From NCBI GenBank assembly GCA_036172245.1, contig JAYWIR010000004.1:3906001-3970000 (forward strand): a DNA stretch of 64,000 nucleotides, read 5' to 3'. This document shows positions 25,430 to 38,058 of the stretch, piece by piece. Each line of letters starts with the position of its first letter. The first letter of the stretch is position 1. The notes under the pieces were generated by a model. It was not told where the DNA came from. It was given only the letters and a program-made list of their open reading frames with translations, and searched no databases. The stretch is from Raillietiella orientalis (lineage: Eukaryota). The position numbers and the translations under genes are program-made.

Positions 25430-27400
25430 CATGCGAACACGTCCGGAGCCTTGGAGATCAACAGCAGTCGATTGTTGAACGCATCCCACTTTTTCCCAAC
25501 ATATCTACTATGTGAACCAGGAATGAAGCCTTTCTTGGAACATTTAGGTTTCCCGCAAACCCTGTTGGCTTATCTTCTTTCGCTTTAGGTCGATATGTCA
25601 GTAGATATGTTTTTCAGCCCTTGCCCCGTGTTTAGAAGGCCCATGAGATTCGGAAGACAGGAAAAAATCGTATGCTGTTCAATGTTTTTTTTTCCTTCGA
25701 GTTGATGCTAGACGTACACATGAGAACTTGGATGACTTGTCAAGTTTCTGCGCGTAGATGCTGGTCATGTACGGACAGAAAATTCCTTCCCTACAGGTCC
25801 ACCCTAAAGGCTCCTTTTGAGTCTCGAGACGCTGGTGCCTCCCTCAGCTCAAATCCCACAGTGCGCCTTCGGAGAAGAGGAAATGGGGTCCCTGACGCCT
25901 CGAACCCATGATAGGACGAAGCACGCTGGCTACCCCGTAAGGCAATATATCGAGCTTTTCAAGGTGCACCAGTGAATCTTCTGACTCCATGACAGCAGAA
26001 GGCGGGGTACCTAGGTGCATGAGACAAATGCCAGCACAGAGTTGTTTCTTCCATCCTGGCGTGGTTTGATGCTACCAGAAGAAATAAGCCGACACGTAGC
26101 CTCTCCTTTAGTCGCAGCACTGTCTCCTTTTTGAGAGGGAGGGGGGAGGATGACTGTTTTCATCTCACGGAATGGATGACTTTGCTCGTAGTTGCAGGAA
26201 CAATGGAACTCCTTGGCGCTTCGCTTATGGGACAGCTGACCGACGCGGAAACTACCAGTCCAAAGGATTCCTCCAGTGGGCAGATGACTGCTTACAAACT
26301 TGATGTTCTTACTAGAGATTTCGGACAGCTTCGTCCTTCTCTTCATGAGGCGCTATGTGGCGTTGCTGAGCTAGAGTTTCTCGATCATCGAGTACCAGGA
26401 TCGTCGGAAGACAAGAAGCCTTTCCAGCCTCTCCCAGAACTGTCACTGGTGAGAAGAGACCGAAATGCTGCCGCACCCACTTCTGGATTGTGGTCCAGAA
26501 CAATTGGAAGTCCCTGGCTACACTTCCTCCTTCTCCCTGAAGACGCTCAACTGCTTCTCTCGTGAAGGACCGTCTCCTGCCTGATCCTTCCAACAGCAAT
26601 GCTGCCTCTGCGTCAGAAGGAAGGGTGGCAGCCCGCTACGTACGGCTCCACCAAGGAAGAGGGTCATGCACTGCTTCTCCTTGATAATGACATGAGGGAG
26701 AAAAAGAAATGCTTCCCCCTGTCCTTCCCCCTAAATATGAGCTGGTTGCAAACGAGACGGTGCAGCTAATCAGCGTTCGCAACCCCTTGAGTGCCTTATC
26801 TATTTACTTTTTAATCACCGTCCCCACTCTTCCGCTGTTTTCTTTTTTTCGCAACTCGGTCAAGAACCGATGTTTCAGCCGCTCTTTCCGAACCCCCAAT
26901 ATGGCGCAGGGACGGACTTTCTGCACTGTACGTTTTACTTTGCAAACCAGCGCCGAGACGAACTGCATGCTGGAACTGGGAGCTCAGGAATGATGTGGAG
27001 ATTTTCGAGAGTCTGTATTCTTCTTGGCCCACGGAGTCACAGATGCTTCCTCCAGTGAGAGAGTGAAGAAAAAGCACCGCTTGTTTCGAGATTCTCTTCC
27101 ACACTGGCTTTTCGCTAGCCAAAAGCAGTGCGGAAACAAAGCGAGGATCTGGCAGCTCGAACAAGGATCGGTCTTTTCTTCAAACCAATCTCTCCAGGGA
27201 AGCGGGAAACCATATCGGCTGCGAACGGACGAAACATTCAAGCAAGAAGAGCGTGGTAACGCGTGTTTCCTCCTTAACCAGCCAGCATTTGAAGGAGATT
27301 GCGACACTCCCGAATTTCTCTTCGCTTCTCGATTCCCTCTTTTCGACTGCTCGATTTGAATTTCTCTCTACATGCGGATATCGGCCAACCAGCATAAATC
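25430..27400 (+). mobile_element. Decayed non-LTR RT and linker fragments
   Basis: FLEHLGFPQTLL (~25532) is paralogous to LLEHLGLPNQLL (~12625). A linker-like WLFASQKQCGNKARIWQLEQG lies at ~27100. Confidence 0.55.
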
Positions 27401-27779
27401 AGGAAGTCATCATCTTTAAAGCGCTGTTTCTTTGCTTTCAAGTCATCTTCATGCAAGTCCCGCCTTCCCGGTTCTTGCCATTTGCAAAAAAAAAATTAAT
27501 GCTGTTCCTTGTTCTCAGACCTTAATGTAGCAGCTTGCAGCAAGTGGCGGTGAAAGAGGTTGTGGTCTCTCTCAAAGAAAATCAAGTTTTTTTCTCTCTC
27601 TCTCTCTTTAGAACAGTTTGCTCTCAATCCAGATCAGTTCGTGTGAGAACATCTCACTTCTCAGGCTCTCATTCAGTCCGAAACCCGAGCAGCGGTCCTA
27701 AAAGATGGCCTTTTCTTATGGAACATTAGGAACTGCATCACCAATGCTTGCGTTTCCACCACGGCTGACCGGAAGATTT

Positions 27780-28450
27780 TAGCGGTGGGTTACAAACGAT
27801 TGAAGTAAGGAGTTTGGTGAAATTGGTTCGCAAACCAAAGCATGAATCTCTACCTTTTGCGAATGCTTGGATAATCATCGTTGCCATGTTCAGTCAAGTA
27901 TCTTCCCGAATGGATGAGAAGTAAAGGAAGTATCAGAGCAACCGCACATAGCAAAGAGGTTCACAGTGGCAGATGTAAAGTTCGGGATGGGAAGCTACCT
28001 CATGTGTTAGGTCGCCGTGTGCATGCGTTAGGCTGCCTCATGTGTTGAGTCTGTGGCACTCTCTCGTGCTCATTCAATGACATGGCACGCTTCTTCACCG
28101 ATAGAATGCGATGGTGGAAAGGATCTGGCAAGTGGTTCCCTGCAATGAGCTCATTTCTCTCGTCTCCTTCCGGACATGGTACTACGCCCTTCAGAAGGCA
28201 CCCCTGGAGCTTTCAGAACTGCTCGAGAAGGAGGAAGACTAAAAACAAAGACTTCGCTGCCTCCTGGTGGGTGAAGACTGTTCAGGTGACCGTCAGAGCC
28301 CTGATAGTTGGCTCTCTGGGTTCTGGGATCTTCAAAATGAAGATGTGACGCGAGCTCAGGAGATCTCACCGCTATGCCTCTTCAGAATGAGGTGCCTCGT
28401 GGTTACGTCTAACAACCAAAGTGGCCATGACATCTATCCAGACTTACAGA
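27780..28450 (+). mobile_element. Utopia/NeSL-like (restriction-like endonuclease) non-LTR retrotransposon remnant
   Basis: Ordered RLE motifs across frameshifts: LPHVL (twice, ~27995 and ~28033), R*NAMVERI, TTPF, VTVRALIVGSLGS-WDLQNEDV, CLVVTSNNQSGHDIY. Confidence 0.7.
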
Positions 28451-28569
28451 GTGCGACCTCAACTTCCCAGTGGATGAATCGCCTAGAAGATCGAGGTTCA
28501 ACAAGGACTGGAACTGACCGATGCAGATGTGGACGAAGGAGTTTGGAAAATGATATCATGACCTCACAC

Positions 28570-31500
28570 GGGTAGAACAAGATGGATAGGAAGAAAGATG
28601 GTGAAGACTGTGAAGATCGTGGCTTCTTTTATTCTATGCAATTTCTACGTTCACTCAGTAAACAGAGTTGCTCTCAGAGGACGATGAGAAACAAAGTCCA
28701 TATTGAACGGTCTCTCAAATGCTAGTAAATGATGAGAAGGAATCATCAACCTTGAGCAAGTATCAATGGTCACTTTTACTATAATTTCCTGCAATAATTA
28801 TAATCCTTAAAAGACCTAACAGCTCATCTTATAGCAGCTTTGTATTTCAAGAGCAGTAGAACTCCCAATCACCACAGTAGATGAAATTTTGTAACTGCAT
28901 TTTTGTTTTTGCCATTTCTACACTTGTATACCATATGATGAGCCAGAATGGAATCATTAAGTGTAGCTTCCAATTGCGTGTATCCTCTTTGTTCGCGTTA
29001 ATTCTCTTGCTCGTACATGCACTCAGTTTAGCACGAGTTTAGCAAGTTCTAGCAGATGCGCCTAGTTTAGCAATCATCCATGCATTTCATTCCTAGTAAC
29101 TTATGTTCCAGGAACCTAAACTCGTTCGAGACATGATTTCAGCATGGAGCGCGCTGACGGTTTTGTGTCGAGGAATGAAATTTTGGACTCGGACTCTACG
29201 AACCATTCTTCGGCGAATAGGCCCATGAGAAACTGGACACGTGCGTGCCCATCGAAGGAAGAAGAGATGGAGAAATGCTAAATGAAAGAGCGAACGTCAG
29301 CTGTCCTGCGATTTCTAAGCAAAAGCGATGCAGAGGAAAGATGAGAGCATGGAACACGTAAAATGGTAACTTATCCTCGAAAAAGAAAGCCTTCCAAAGA
29401 AGATGCGTTATTGATGGTTCAGGAAAAAAAAATAGGCTTGCTCCCTTACCTGACAACTCCACGGAACTCTCACGCAACTGGCGTCCGAAGAAATCACTCG
29501 AAATTTTAGAGGAGACTTGGCGAATGGACGCAGGGGGGTCCTCTAGGCCATGATGGATACTTTTGCTACAAAGTCACCTGTATGAATCTCCAGAAAATAA
29601 AAACTTTCTTCTGGGTGCGGCTGCGTTGCGGGCAATTTGTCCTTCACGTGGCAGATTCGGTTTCCTTCACGCTAGTAGTTTATCCAATTACCCGATATCC
29701 AAGCCTGCTTGTGCATCTTTCTAATGAAGGGCTTTTGCTATTATAAGGAAATTTTCTCTGTAAAGTGGGTACAGGAAGGATTTCTCTTGAAGCAAGAAGA
29801 TCCAAGGGTCCTTTTCCATCTCCAAATTGGAAGATCATCACCTTCCGATGCTAAAGTCAGAGCTGAGATAGATTCCTTGAGATTGATTCAGCTGATTCCT
29901 TCATCCTCCTTCTTGAAGATCTCCTTTCCAAACTGACTCTCTGCTGAGGAGCCGGTGCAGTAATTTAGGTGAGAATGCAATATGTCACTCACGCGTGGGC
30001 AGTGAAATTACCTCTCGACGGTCAGAAATGCGTTCCGTCCCTTGCATGATGTCCAGGGTTGAGTTTAACCGAGAGTTTCATCTTGACACTCGGATAGGTT
30101 CACATCTCTAGCTGAAGTAAGCAGCTATGCCAGGATTACCGCATCTCCAGTATCAAAAATATCCAGCTGCAAATTGATATAATAGCGAGTGTACGAACAC
30201 TCGTCGAAATCGTGTACCTATCAAAGGTGACAAACTCGCAAATTTTCCCATGCAGGAAGTGAGTAGCAAAAATGGTCAATGGAACAATGATGAAAACCAA
30301 GTACAAAGGGTTGGAGCAGATGAAGAGCGACAGGATGTACAAGGTCAGTTTTCTATCACCATCGAAGTCGTAGTTTTCTAGTCCTGGTCTTTCAAACGCT
30401 CATTCCTTCGTCGTCCATTCACACCAATGATGATAATCAGTTTACTTGTTTACGATGTAAATGTTGTTGATGTAACGAACTCTCCAGCTGGGTGAAATTT
30501 GGCATGCACGTAGAACTCATCAAACCAATGGAGAAAACTGCTTTCTATATTTTCCCTGTGTTTCAGATGTCCAATAACAATCTGATCAGTTAGACAGATA
30601 TCTGAATGAGCATTTATCGGACACTGTTAAGTGCTTCGACGACGGAAGCTGGTCAGTAGATTTCAGTGACCAATAGGTCAACTATTTTCTACGCATGTTT
30701 GTGCATAGAAAATATCTCAAGGGAAGACTTTGAAATGTTTTTTTAATATTTAGTGTCCTTGCTAAATAATGACGCTGATGAGAGTATTAGAGGGAAGAAT
30801 TCAAGATAGGACTGCGCACCCGAGGAACTTTTGTTCCTTGCCTTTAATGGAATGCCTCTTAATGGAACGAATTCCCATTGAAATTTTCCAGCTGAAGCAT
30901 TCAGCATTTCTCTTATTTTCAAGATGTTTGCTCGAATAAACAGAGCAAGGAAGAAAGTCTGCCTTCACACTATTTGCATGTCCACACGGCTAAAGGTACA
31001 CACTTGAATTCGAAGTGATAAGAATGAGTACATATCACAGAGCTCTGGTGAGGAAGAGAGAACATGACTTCGTCTGGACAAGACTGAAATTTCGTCTGGA
31101 ATTCTGAATTCTGAAAACAGTCTCTGGGCAATGCCCGCTCTATTTTGTCTTTCTTCCATACTTCGCCTTAGCATCGAAATAGCAATCCAAAACATCAGAC
31201 AAAAACACTGCGAAGATGAGTAGATTCTCGTTGTCTGCTTTGGAGGAAATAATCTAACTTTGGCATCTTAGAGTCAAGTCATGGATGCATGCGGGATGAA
31301 AATTTGTAGATCCAAACCTCCTGAAGATTCGATGTGCACTTTTTCATAGAGGAATACCATGAGTGTCAGCGGATGGACAAACAGAATACTGGTCAGAAAT
31401 AAACAGCTTTTTCATAAGAATCTCATGTTCAAAAACAACCTGTAATTTCAAACAAATTTTCTTCACCTTCACAAAACCTTTCCGTAACCGTAAACCGATG

Positions 31501-32400
31501 CTGGAAAGTTTGGCCACGGAAAAAGACATTGGCGTGTGCACTATGTTCCAAAAAATAATTATTTCATTACTTTTCTTCCGAAAAATTCATTACTAAGTGA
31601 GGTTCTCGGAAGAAATCGCTTGCCCATAACTTGGTTGTTCATGATAATGGGAGTGTTGCTGAAGAAATAGAAGCGATCTTCGAATCCATGATTACCAACA
31701 CATTGATGATCTAAAGAACGTATGAGAATAAATCAAGGGGCCCGCTTGATCTAGGAAAATTTACTGAACATGAAACCACGGGATGCCAGAATCACAGAGC
31801 TCGTTGTCAGCATTGGTGAATTCAAAGCAAACGAAATCTGACGGTTTAATCAAGCAATCAAATAATAAACAAATGACAAAGGAGACAATCATGATTGACT
31901 AGAACGTACGGGCGTTTTTTCTGCTGTTCTTGGCTGCTATTACAACAGATTTCAGCTAGACCAACAACAAAATCAGAGAATCACGATGGGCATTTTGCTT
32001 TGCGAATTCGGTACAGAAAACGTGATCAACACATCTGAGCGCTTTTTTAAACACTCCAAAGAAGGCAGTTAGCCGTTTGTTTGTTCCAAATGAACTAGAA
32101 CTTCGACATGCCCAAGAGTGGGCATACACACATAAGCCAATGCTGCATGGACCATTATTGAAATACCACACATGGCTTAGTCTGATTCACATCGAGACAT
32201 TAAAGTAGACTCTTTTTTTCTCTTCATTAGCAGCCTTCACTACCGAGTAGGTGTTTCATATGTGAAATGAGTAATGGGGTTTGTGAAACACGGAATGTGT
32301 TCCCCTGCAATCCCACATACAAGGAGATCTCACAGAAATACGAGAGCACTTTGAACCAAAAGAGATCAAAATGCGCTTTCAGCTCCGTATTGAGATAATC
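28570..32400 (-). pseudogene. Decayed ankyrin-repeat TRP (TRPA/TRPV-like) channel gene relic
   Basis: In transcription order: ankyrin-like QTPLLIS (~32280), LGHVEVLVHL (~32100) and ANVFFRGQTFQH (~31520); S1-S2-like NPLYLVFIIVPLTIFA...IISICSWIFLILEMR ending at a GT donor (~30140); S4-S5-linker-like LLPSMGTHVSSF (~29250); S6-like ATIFTVFTIFLPI (~28600). I could not assemble an intact frame. Confidence 0.5.
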
Positions 32401-33349
32401 GTATCTCATCTTTTTCGATTCAGAGATGGGTGATTCGGTAAAAGAAAAAAAAAGGATGAAATGATGGATCTGAAAAAAGTGTTCTGCGATTCCAACATGG
32501 AAAGTGACTTCCCGGAATATGCAAAAGGGGTGTCTCCTCCTGAGTTGATCTTATTGACTCTAATCAATCATCTCATCCTACCGATCCAGCAGTTATTAAG
32601 ATTTCAATAACCTTCGGTGGGATCTCAATCCGCACGTATGTAGATGTCTCACGAAAACAAGGAAATCATTCGTCTCTCGGAATCGACTCATCGCCAAAAA
32701 TCAAATATCCGAAATTCCAATGTCCGACCCTACATCTCTGATCCCGGATTAGTCATCAAGTGATCTGAAGCACTTCTGAATTGGAAGGGTTTAAAAGGAA
32801 ACCACTTTTTCCGATTACATAGAGCAATGTCAGTCCACGACTGAACTTGCGCGGATGGAAGCAAATCCTGATGGAAGCAATTTCCAGGATGATGACCCTG
32901 TACCGCCAAGCACAGTGCAAGGCATTCTGGCTGTAGATCAATCGGAGTACGTTCGGCATGAATTTTTAATTGCATTTTCATCTGCCAGCACGTTTTCTCG
33001 TACATGCAGGAAAGATCTGGTTTTTAAAACAAGTGTATCGAAAGTGATCCATCCCTTTGTGATACTCTCAAAGCCAAACTACGTGCGCAAGCTTGAGTAG
33101 ATGATTCCTTCACGGACTTGCAAATCAAGGACTCTTACTCAATTATATACGCATACAGAATTAATAAAAAAAAAAATATCTCACGGAAAACAGTGGGAAA
33201 ATCATGACGCAGCCTGATGTTTTCACTTTTTCCTCTCGTATTAATCCATTAGGAGCCTGAAGAATTCTCCCAGAGTTCATCAGCTTCAAGCCTTAGCAAC
33301 CATTACGACTAGAGGCATCCTTTTTTTAAAAAAAGTAAAAGAGAAAAAA

Positions 33350-33800
33350 AACACTCAAAAGCTGGAAGAAATCATAAGAACCATAATGGCACGAAACCTC
33401 ATAAAGTTAATTATGGAGCGTTCCAGTATTGGACCGCAAGGCGCTGATGGATCCGCAAATGGTGCCTTGAGCACGATTTTCGGATCTTGTGTGGAACTAA
33501 AGATCAGAATGTCAGGTCTTGAAAATTTCAAGGAATTTTTTCCTAGGGGCTGTTGCCTGGCATGACTCAAATGTGAGCTTCCGTTTCTGCGTTTTCTTCC
33601 AATTCTCCTCCCTTTTGTTCCTATGAAAAGCCTCGCACTCCAAAACAAACCTCGTTGGAAGAAAACCCGGAACTGTGAACGTTTGTACCAGGACGTTGCA
33701 TCTGCTGCGTTGCGAAAATCGCGCCGAAGTGCAATTTTTGTTGTTGTTGTTGTTCTTCTTCTTCTTCTTGAGCCGGAGACGGGAGTGCCTCACCTCCTGC
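33350..33800 (+). mobile_element. Decayed 3' end of the L1/Tx1-like family
   Basis: ICCVAKIA (~33700) parallels ICCIRVAV (~14270) and LCCYLRGI (~24993). It is followed by (TTG)n(TTC)n and AGCCGG as at 14552. Confidence 0.3.
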
Positions 33801-35199
33801 AAGGCAGAGGTACCCTGCCTACCAGATGATTCCCTATCCTTTTCCTGGGACCGAAGGACGAACTCGCCCGAAAGGGTAGGCAGCACAGCAGGCATGCGGA
33901 GCTCGCCAAGGAGAAAAGGAACGGGACTAGGCCTCCTGGCTGATCTCGATCAGGCTACGTCAGCAATTGTTCGAGGAAGGGCGAAGTGAGGAGGGAACAC
34001 TTTTCAGGAATAGCGACGGTGCATCCAGAGACTGCGGGCGAGGCTAGCAGCCGCGCAAGAACGTCCTCACATGGGCTGCCAGCCCATCACGGACTCCTGA
34101 CGTCCCCTCAAGCTGCGAAGAAGCGCCACAAGCGAGCCATCCACCAAGCAGCGGCTGGTGATGACCCAACGACCAGTCTGGTCAATACAACGCTGTTACT
34201 GTGGAAAAGAAAAGACAAAAACACACACACACACACTCGTATGAATACGAGTATGATAGTTCAGTATGATATGAGCATGATAGTTGAGTATGGTAGTTGT
34301 CGTTTCAAATGAGAGACGGTGAATACGGAGTTCCAAATGTCAGTGCTAAGCCATGACCCAAATCGATGACATTTCTGACGTACCCCGGATGTTGTCCATC
34401 CGCCGTTACCAGAGTGCGTACAAAAAGCGGCCAACGAAGGTAACATACCGGGAATGCTCCGACTCTGAGCATGCTGGCATGCTTAGGTAACTCATCAAAC
34501 TGAACTCTGGCGTCCTTGAAGGAAGCAATCTTTGCCTTTTTTTCTAATTATACCAATTTAACTACACAGAAAGCGTTTACCTACGCAGAGTTTACCTCTA
34601 TGCAATCTGAGTTCGCCATGCGAAAGAAGCCGAGAGATCTGCAGACCTCAATCCACTGGGACCAGGAACGATGCAAATCAAGGACAGCACTGTGAACTCG
34701 CAGGAAGAAAAGAACCTTGCATGGCAGCTTCCGAGCACACACCGGAAGTGTGCTGCGTAAGCCAGGAAGAATGCGCAACTGGCCTCTCATCGAAAAAAAA
34801 AAAAAAAAAAACAACTCGTTGGCAGCCGTGTGCCTGTGGTCTCCGAGCGTCGTCCTTAGCGCGAAAAAGAAAAAAAAAGCTGTCATATCTGCACTTCCAT
34901 GACACAGGCGCGCATGCATTTATACAGCACCTACAGCTACCAGTTAACATCCTGGATTACCGGGCGGGCGTTCGAGACACATGAAACGGGTGAACAGGAA
35001 AGATAAATCCTTAACTGCTCATGCGACCCACATGTGCGGTGCGTGGAGAGGAGAAACAGGAGCTTTGCCAAACAAAGATGGTCGTTTCAGAGGACTCCGA
35101 CCACTCGCCATCGCCTTGACCACTCCAGGCTACAAAGAAATTTTCACTTCTGAAATCTGGTGTGAGCAGAACTTGGGAAGATGGCGCGAAAATTGAATT

Positions 35200-37100
35200 C
35201 ACCCTGAAGAAATTGCACCCATTTTTGCATTTGTAGGAAGTCAGTGGAAGATACCTATCGCGGTGTACCATCCTTGGTAGATGTTACTCATGAAGGAGCA
35301 TTTTCCCTTTTTTTCTCTCTGTCTCTTTCTGTAGGGAAAAGGAAGCCAAGTGGAACCAATCGGAAGGCAGCCAGGTTTTCGTTCATCTAAATAGGGCGGA
35401 AGAGCAGTGGTTCGGGATTCCTTAGCAGGAAAAAGACTTTGCAGTCTGCACCTCCCACTGGAGTTTCGTATTTTCCGATGAAATCGGCCAGTGCAACCTC
35501 CGAAAGTCCCCAAGATCTTCATGCATCATGTGCCTTGCTGGTCTCTGGACACTCGCGCAACACGCTCCTTGCGAAGCTTGAACGTGGAGCAACACACCCA
35601 CCTCGCCCATGTCTCAAATTTCTCCCTCGGCTTGGCAGCTCCAAAAAAAACAAAGGAAGTCATCCGTCTGGAACTCATCGCAGCTTTTTTCTCTCCCTTG
35701 CTTCTACCATTATGGAGTAGCTCGGAAAGGTGAATCAAGATGAAGAAAGAAAGGAGGAGAACCAATGGTCCGAAGCGGAAATGTGGAGAAGAGGTACGAA
35801 ATGCGAAAGGGATAAGAAACACTGTTGCATGGACTACTAAAACTCTCAGTCACGAGATGTGGGCTTATAAGATCGTGCTCTGAAATTCTGTTATGACACT
35901 TATCAGGAGTACATATGACATTGGATGTCCGGTAGATGATGTCTCGGGTCCTTCTTGGATGCTTCTCACTGCAGCAAGTACAGGCATGGATCATAATGAA
36001 GCTTTCTTCCTAGTTGCCACTAACTTTTATTTTTTATTTTTTTCTTTTTCCTCGAGGTCGCGCTTGATCGACCCATTTCAGATGGCCTCGCGTGAAAAAT
36101 TCAATCATACAGTGCCGAGCACTTGTGACGATGGATCGGTGGGAATGTAAACTTTCAACATCCTCATCTAAGAATAGTGCAGACACCCTTTCAGTTTCAG
36201 CGTAATCTTCATGAAAAGCTAACGAGTAGACATTTCTTAGTGCTCAACAAAAAATGCACGGACAATGACAGAATAGAAATAGGCTCTATTGAATCTTAAG
36301 ACATGCTGAAATGTTAGGGTGTTAGAGGTAAAAAGGCTCTTGCAGAATGGGAACTCTGACTTTGGAACCGAGGAGTTATCTTGGTAGACGAACTCCTACA
36401 GCATGATCTCCTTGGTAGGATATGGATCGAGAGTTCAACTATTGAGACTATTTTCAGATCGCGTACGACCTGTAAGCAATTTTACTCTTTTTCTTCACCT
36501 ATGTGGTCAAAAGTTGTCTCCATGCCTTCTTTTTGAATCGTTCGCTTCACCTCTTCTCGGTCTGCTTATCATCCAGATGCTTCCGATGCCACTCCTGAAC
36601 CATTCCATTAATTGTCCATCTCATTGGATGTCAAGTCCTTAAACTCTAATCCGCTGGTGCCTGTGACCACTTTTTTATCACTGAAAGTAAAGATAACACG
36701 AAGGTAATTCTTCCATAGCTGTACCGGTTAGAGTTAAAAGTCCGAGCCAACTGCTTATCTCAAAACTTCAGTCTCGTGAGGCAGATTAGGCAGGCAGATT
36801 AAGATTGAATTCACTGGGAGGTGTTGTTTGGGACGATGGTTACTATGAAATAAGCACAGCCGCGAAACCATCAGGAAGAGAGCCTGGAGTTCCTGCTTTC
36901 CTTTTTGCACAGCTTCAGCAAAGCAGCGCGCACCTCTTGTCTCCCCAGACCAAGTTTCCGGTTTGAGAGGGAAGTTTTCTAATGGACTGGCTGAGAAAAC
37001 AGAGACCAGGAGTCTGCTCCTTGAGAAGGGTGCCATTCCATCAGGATTCTCGTTGCATTTCCTGGGTCAGTTCTGCCTACTCGACATCCTCTTTAAAAAA
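35200..37100 (-). mobile_element. Highly decayed non-LTR RT
   Basis: Ordered remnants RRHGDNF (~36520, for RQGD), VYQDN (~36380, for YADD), VLG (~36120) and LPDI (~35930). Confidence 0.3.
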
Positions 37101-38034
37101 ATACATAAAATTTACTAATCGTAGAAAATGCAATCGTAATGTACTTTATGGGAATTACGCGAAATCAAATGAAGAGGGGCAATGATTTGGCTTTCTAGTA
37201 TCTAACGAGACACAGCCAGGAATTCCTGAAACCTCGAACGTACGAAAAGGAATGAAAATAGTTCCAGGAGTTCGAGAAACTCACGTGATGAGGCAGCAGG
37301 AAGCAGTGATGATAGTCTCTCTTCGCAACTCTTCGGGACCCTACGGAGAATCTCTCATGGATTCCCCGATCAGCGAATCACGAAAGGACCAAAGCACGAA
37401 GGAAAACATGAACCTCTTCAACGGTCACGTGAGCTCCTCGCCACCTACTCACAGCTGTCCGGAGAACACTGGACGACTAGCAGGGGTGTCTTTCCATCTG
37501 TGCACTGGCAAAAATCTGTGCTCCGCTCGCCTTGAAGCTAGTCATTCCTCCAGATACATGAAAAAGAACGAAACTTGCTCATTGGTAGATTCTTAAGAGT
37601 CTGTAAGCTACAGTCTGTTGACGGGGAGTGCCACTGATTCTAAGAAGAAGGATTCTTCACCTCTACCGCAATCAGTCCAGACCCTTCATGTCCTCCTTCT
37701 GACGAGGCAGCGTTTCTTGAGGGCTGCTTGATCCCGGCCGATGACCCACCATGTGCTTCCAGATTTGTCCTTGGAGTTTCGTGATAATCACACTCTATCA
37801 CAGATCCTGATGAAACATGATTTTGTCCCTGGAGTATCCCATGCCCGGGAGCGCCATTTCTCTCCTGACGTGCTTCGCCAGCCTCTTGGTCACTTTGAGT
37901 TTCTCTCCTAGCCTCGTCCTTTGCCGGATCCACTGGACCCAGGGATTCCACGAAGATCGCTCGCGCCGATACGCGGATATTGCTTCGGCGGCGAAACGGA
38001 GAGCTAATCTTCACTCTAATCTTCACTTCCAAAA

Positions 38035-38058
38035 GGCCTTTTGGCTGAGATCAAAGTG
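38035..38058 (+). pseudogene. U2 snRNA 5' fragment
   Basis: GGCCTTTTGGCTGAGATCAAAGTG versus recalled metazoan U2 GGCCTTTTGGCTAAGATCAA(A)GTG, 1 mismatch. The rest of U2 is absent. Confidence 0.6.
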
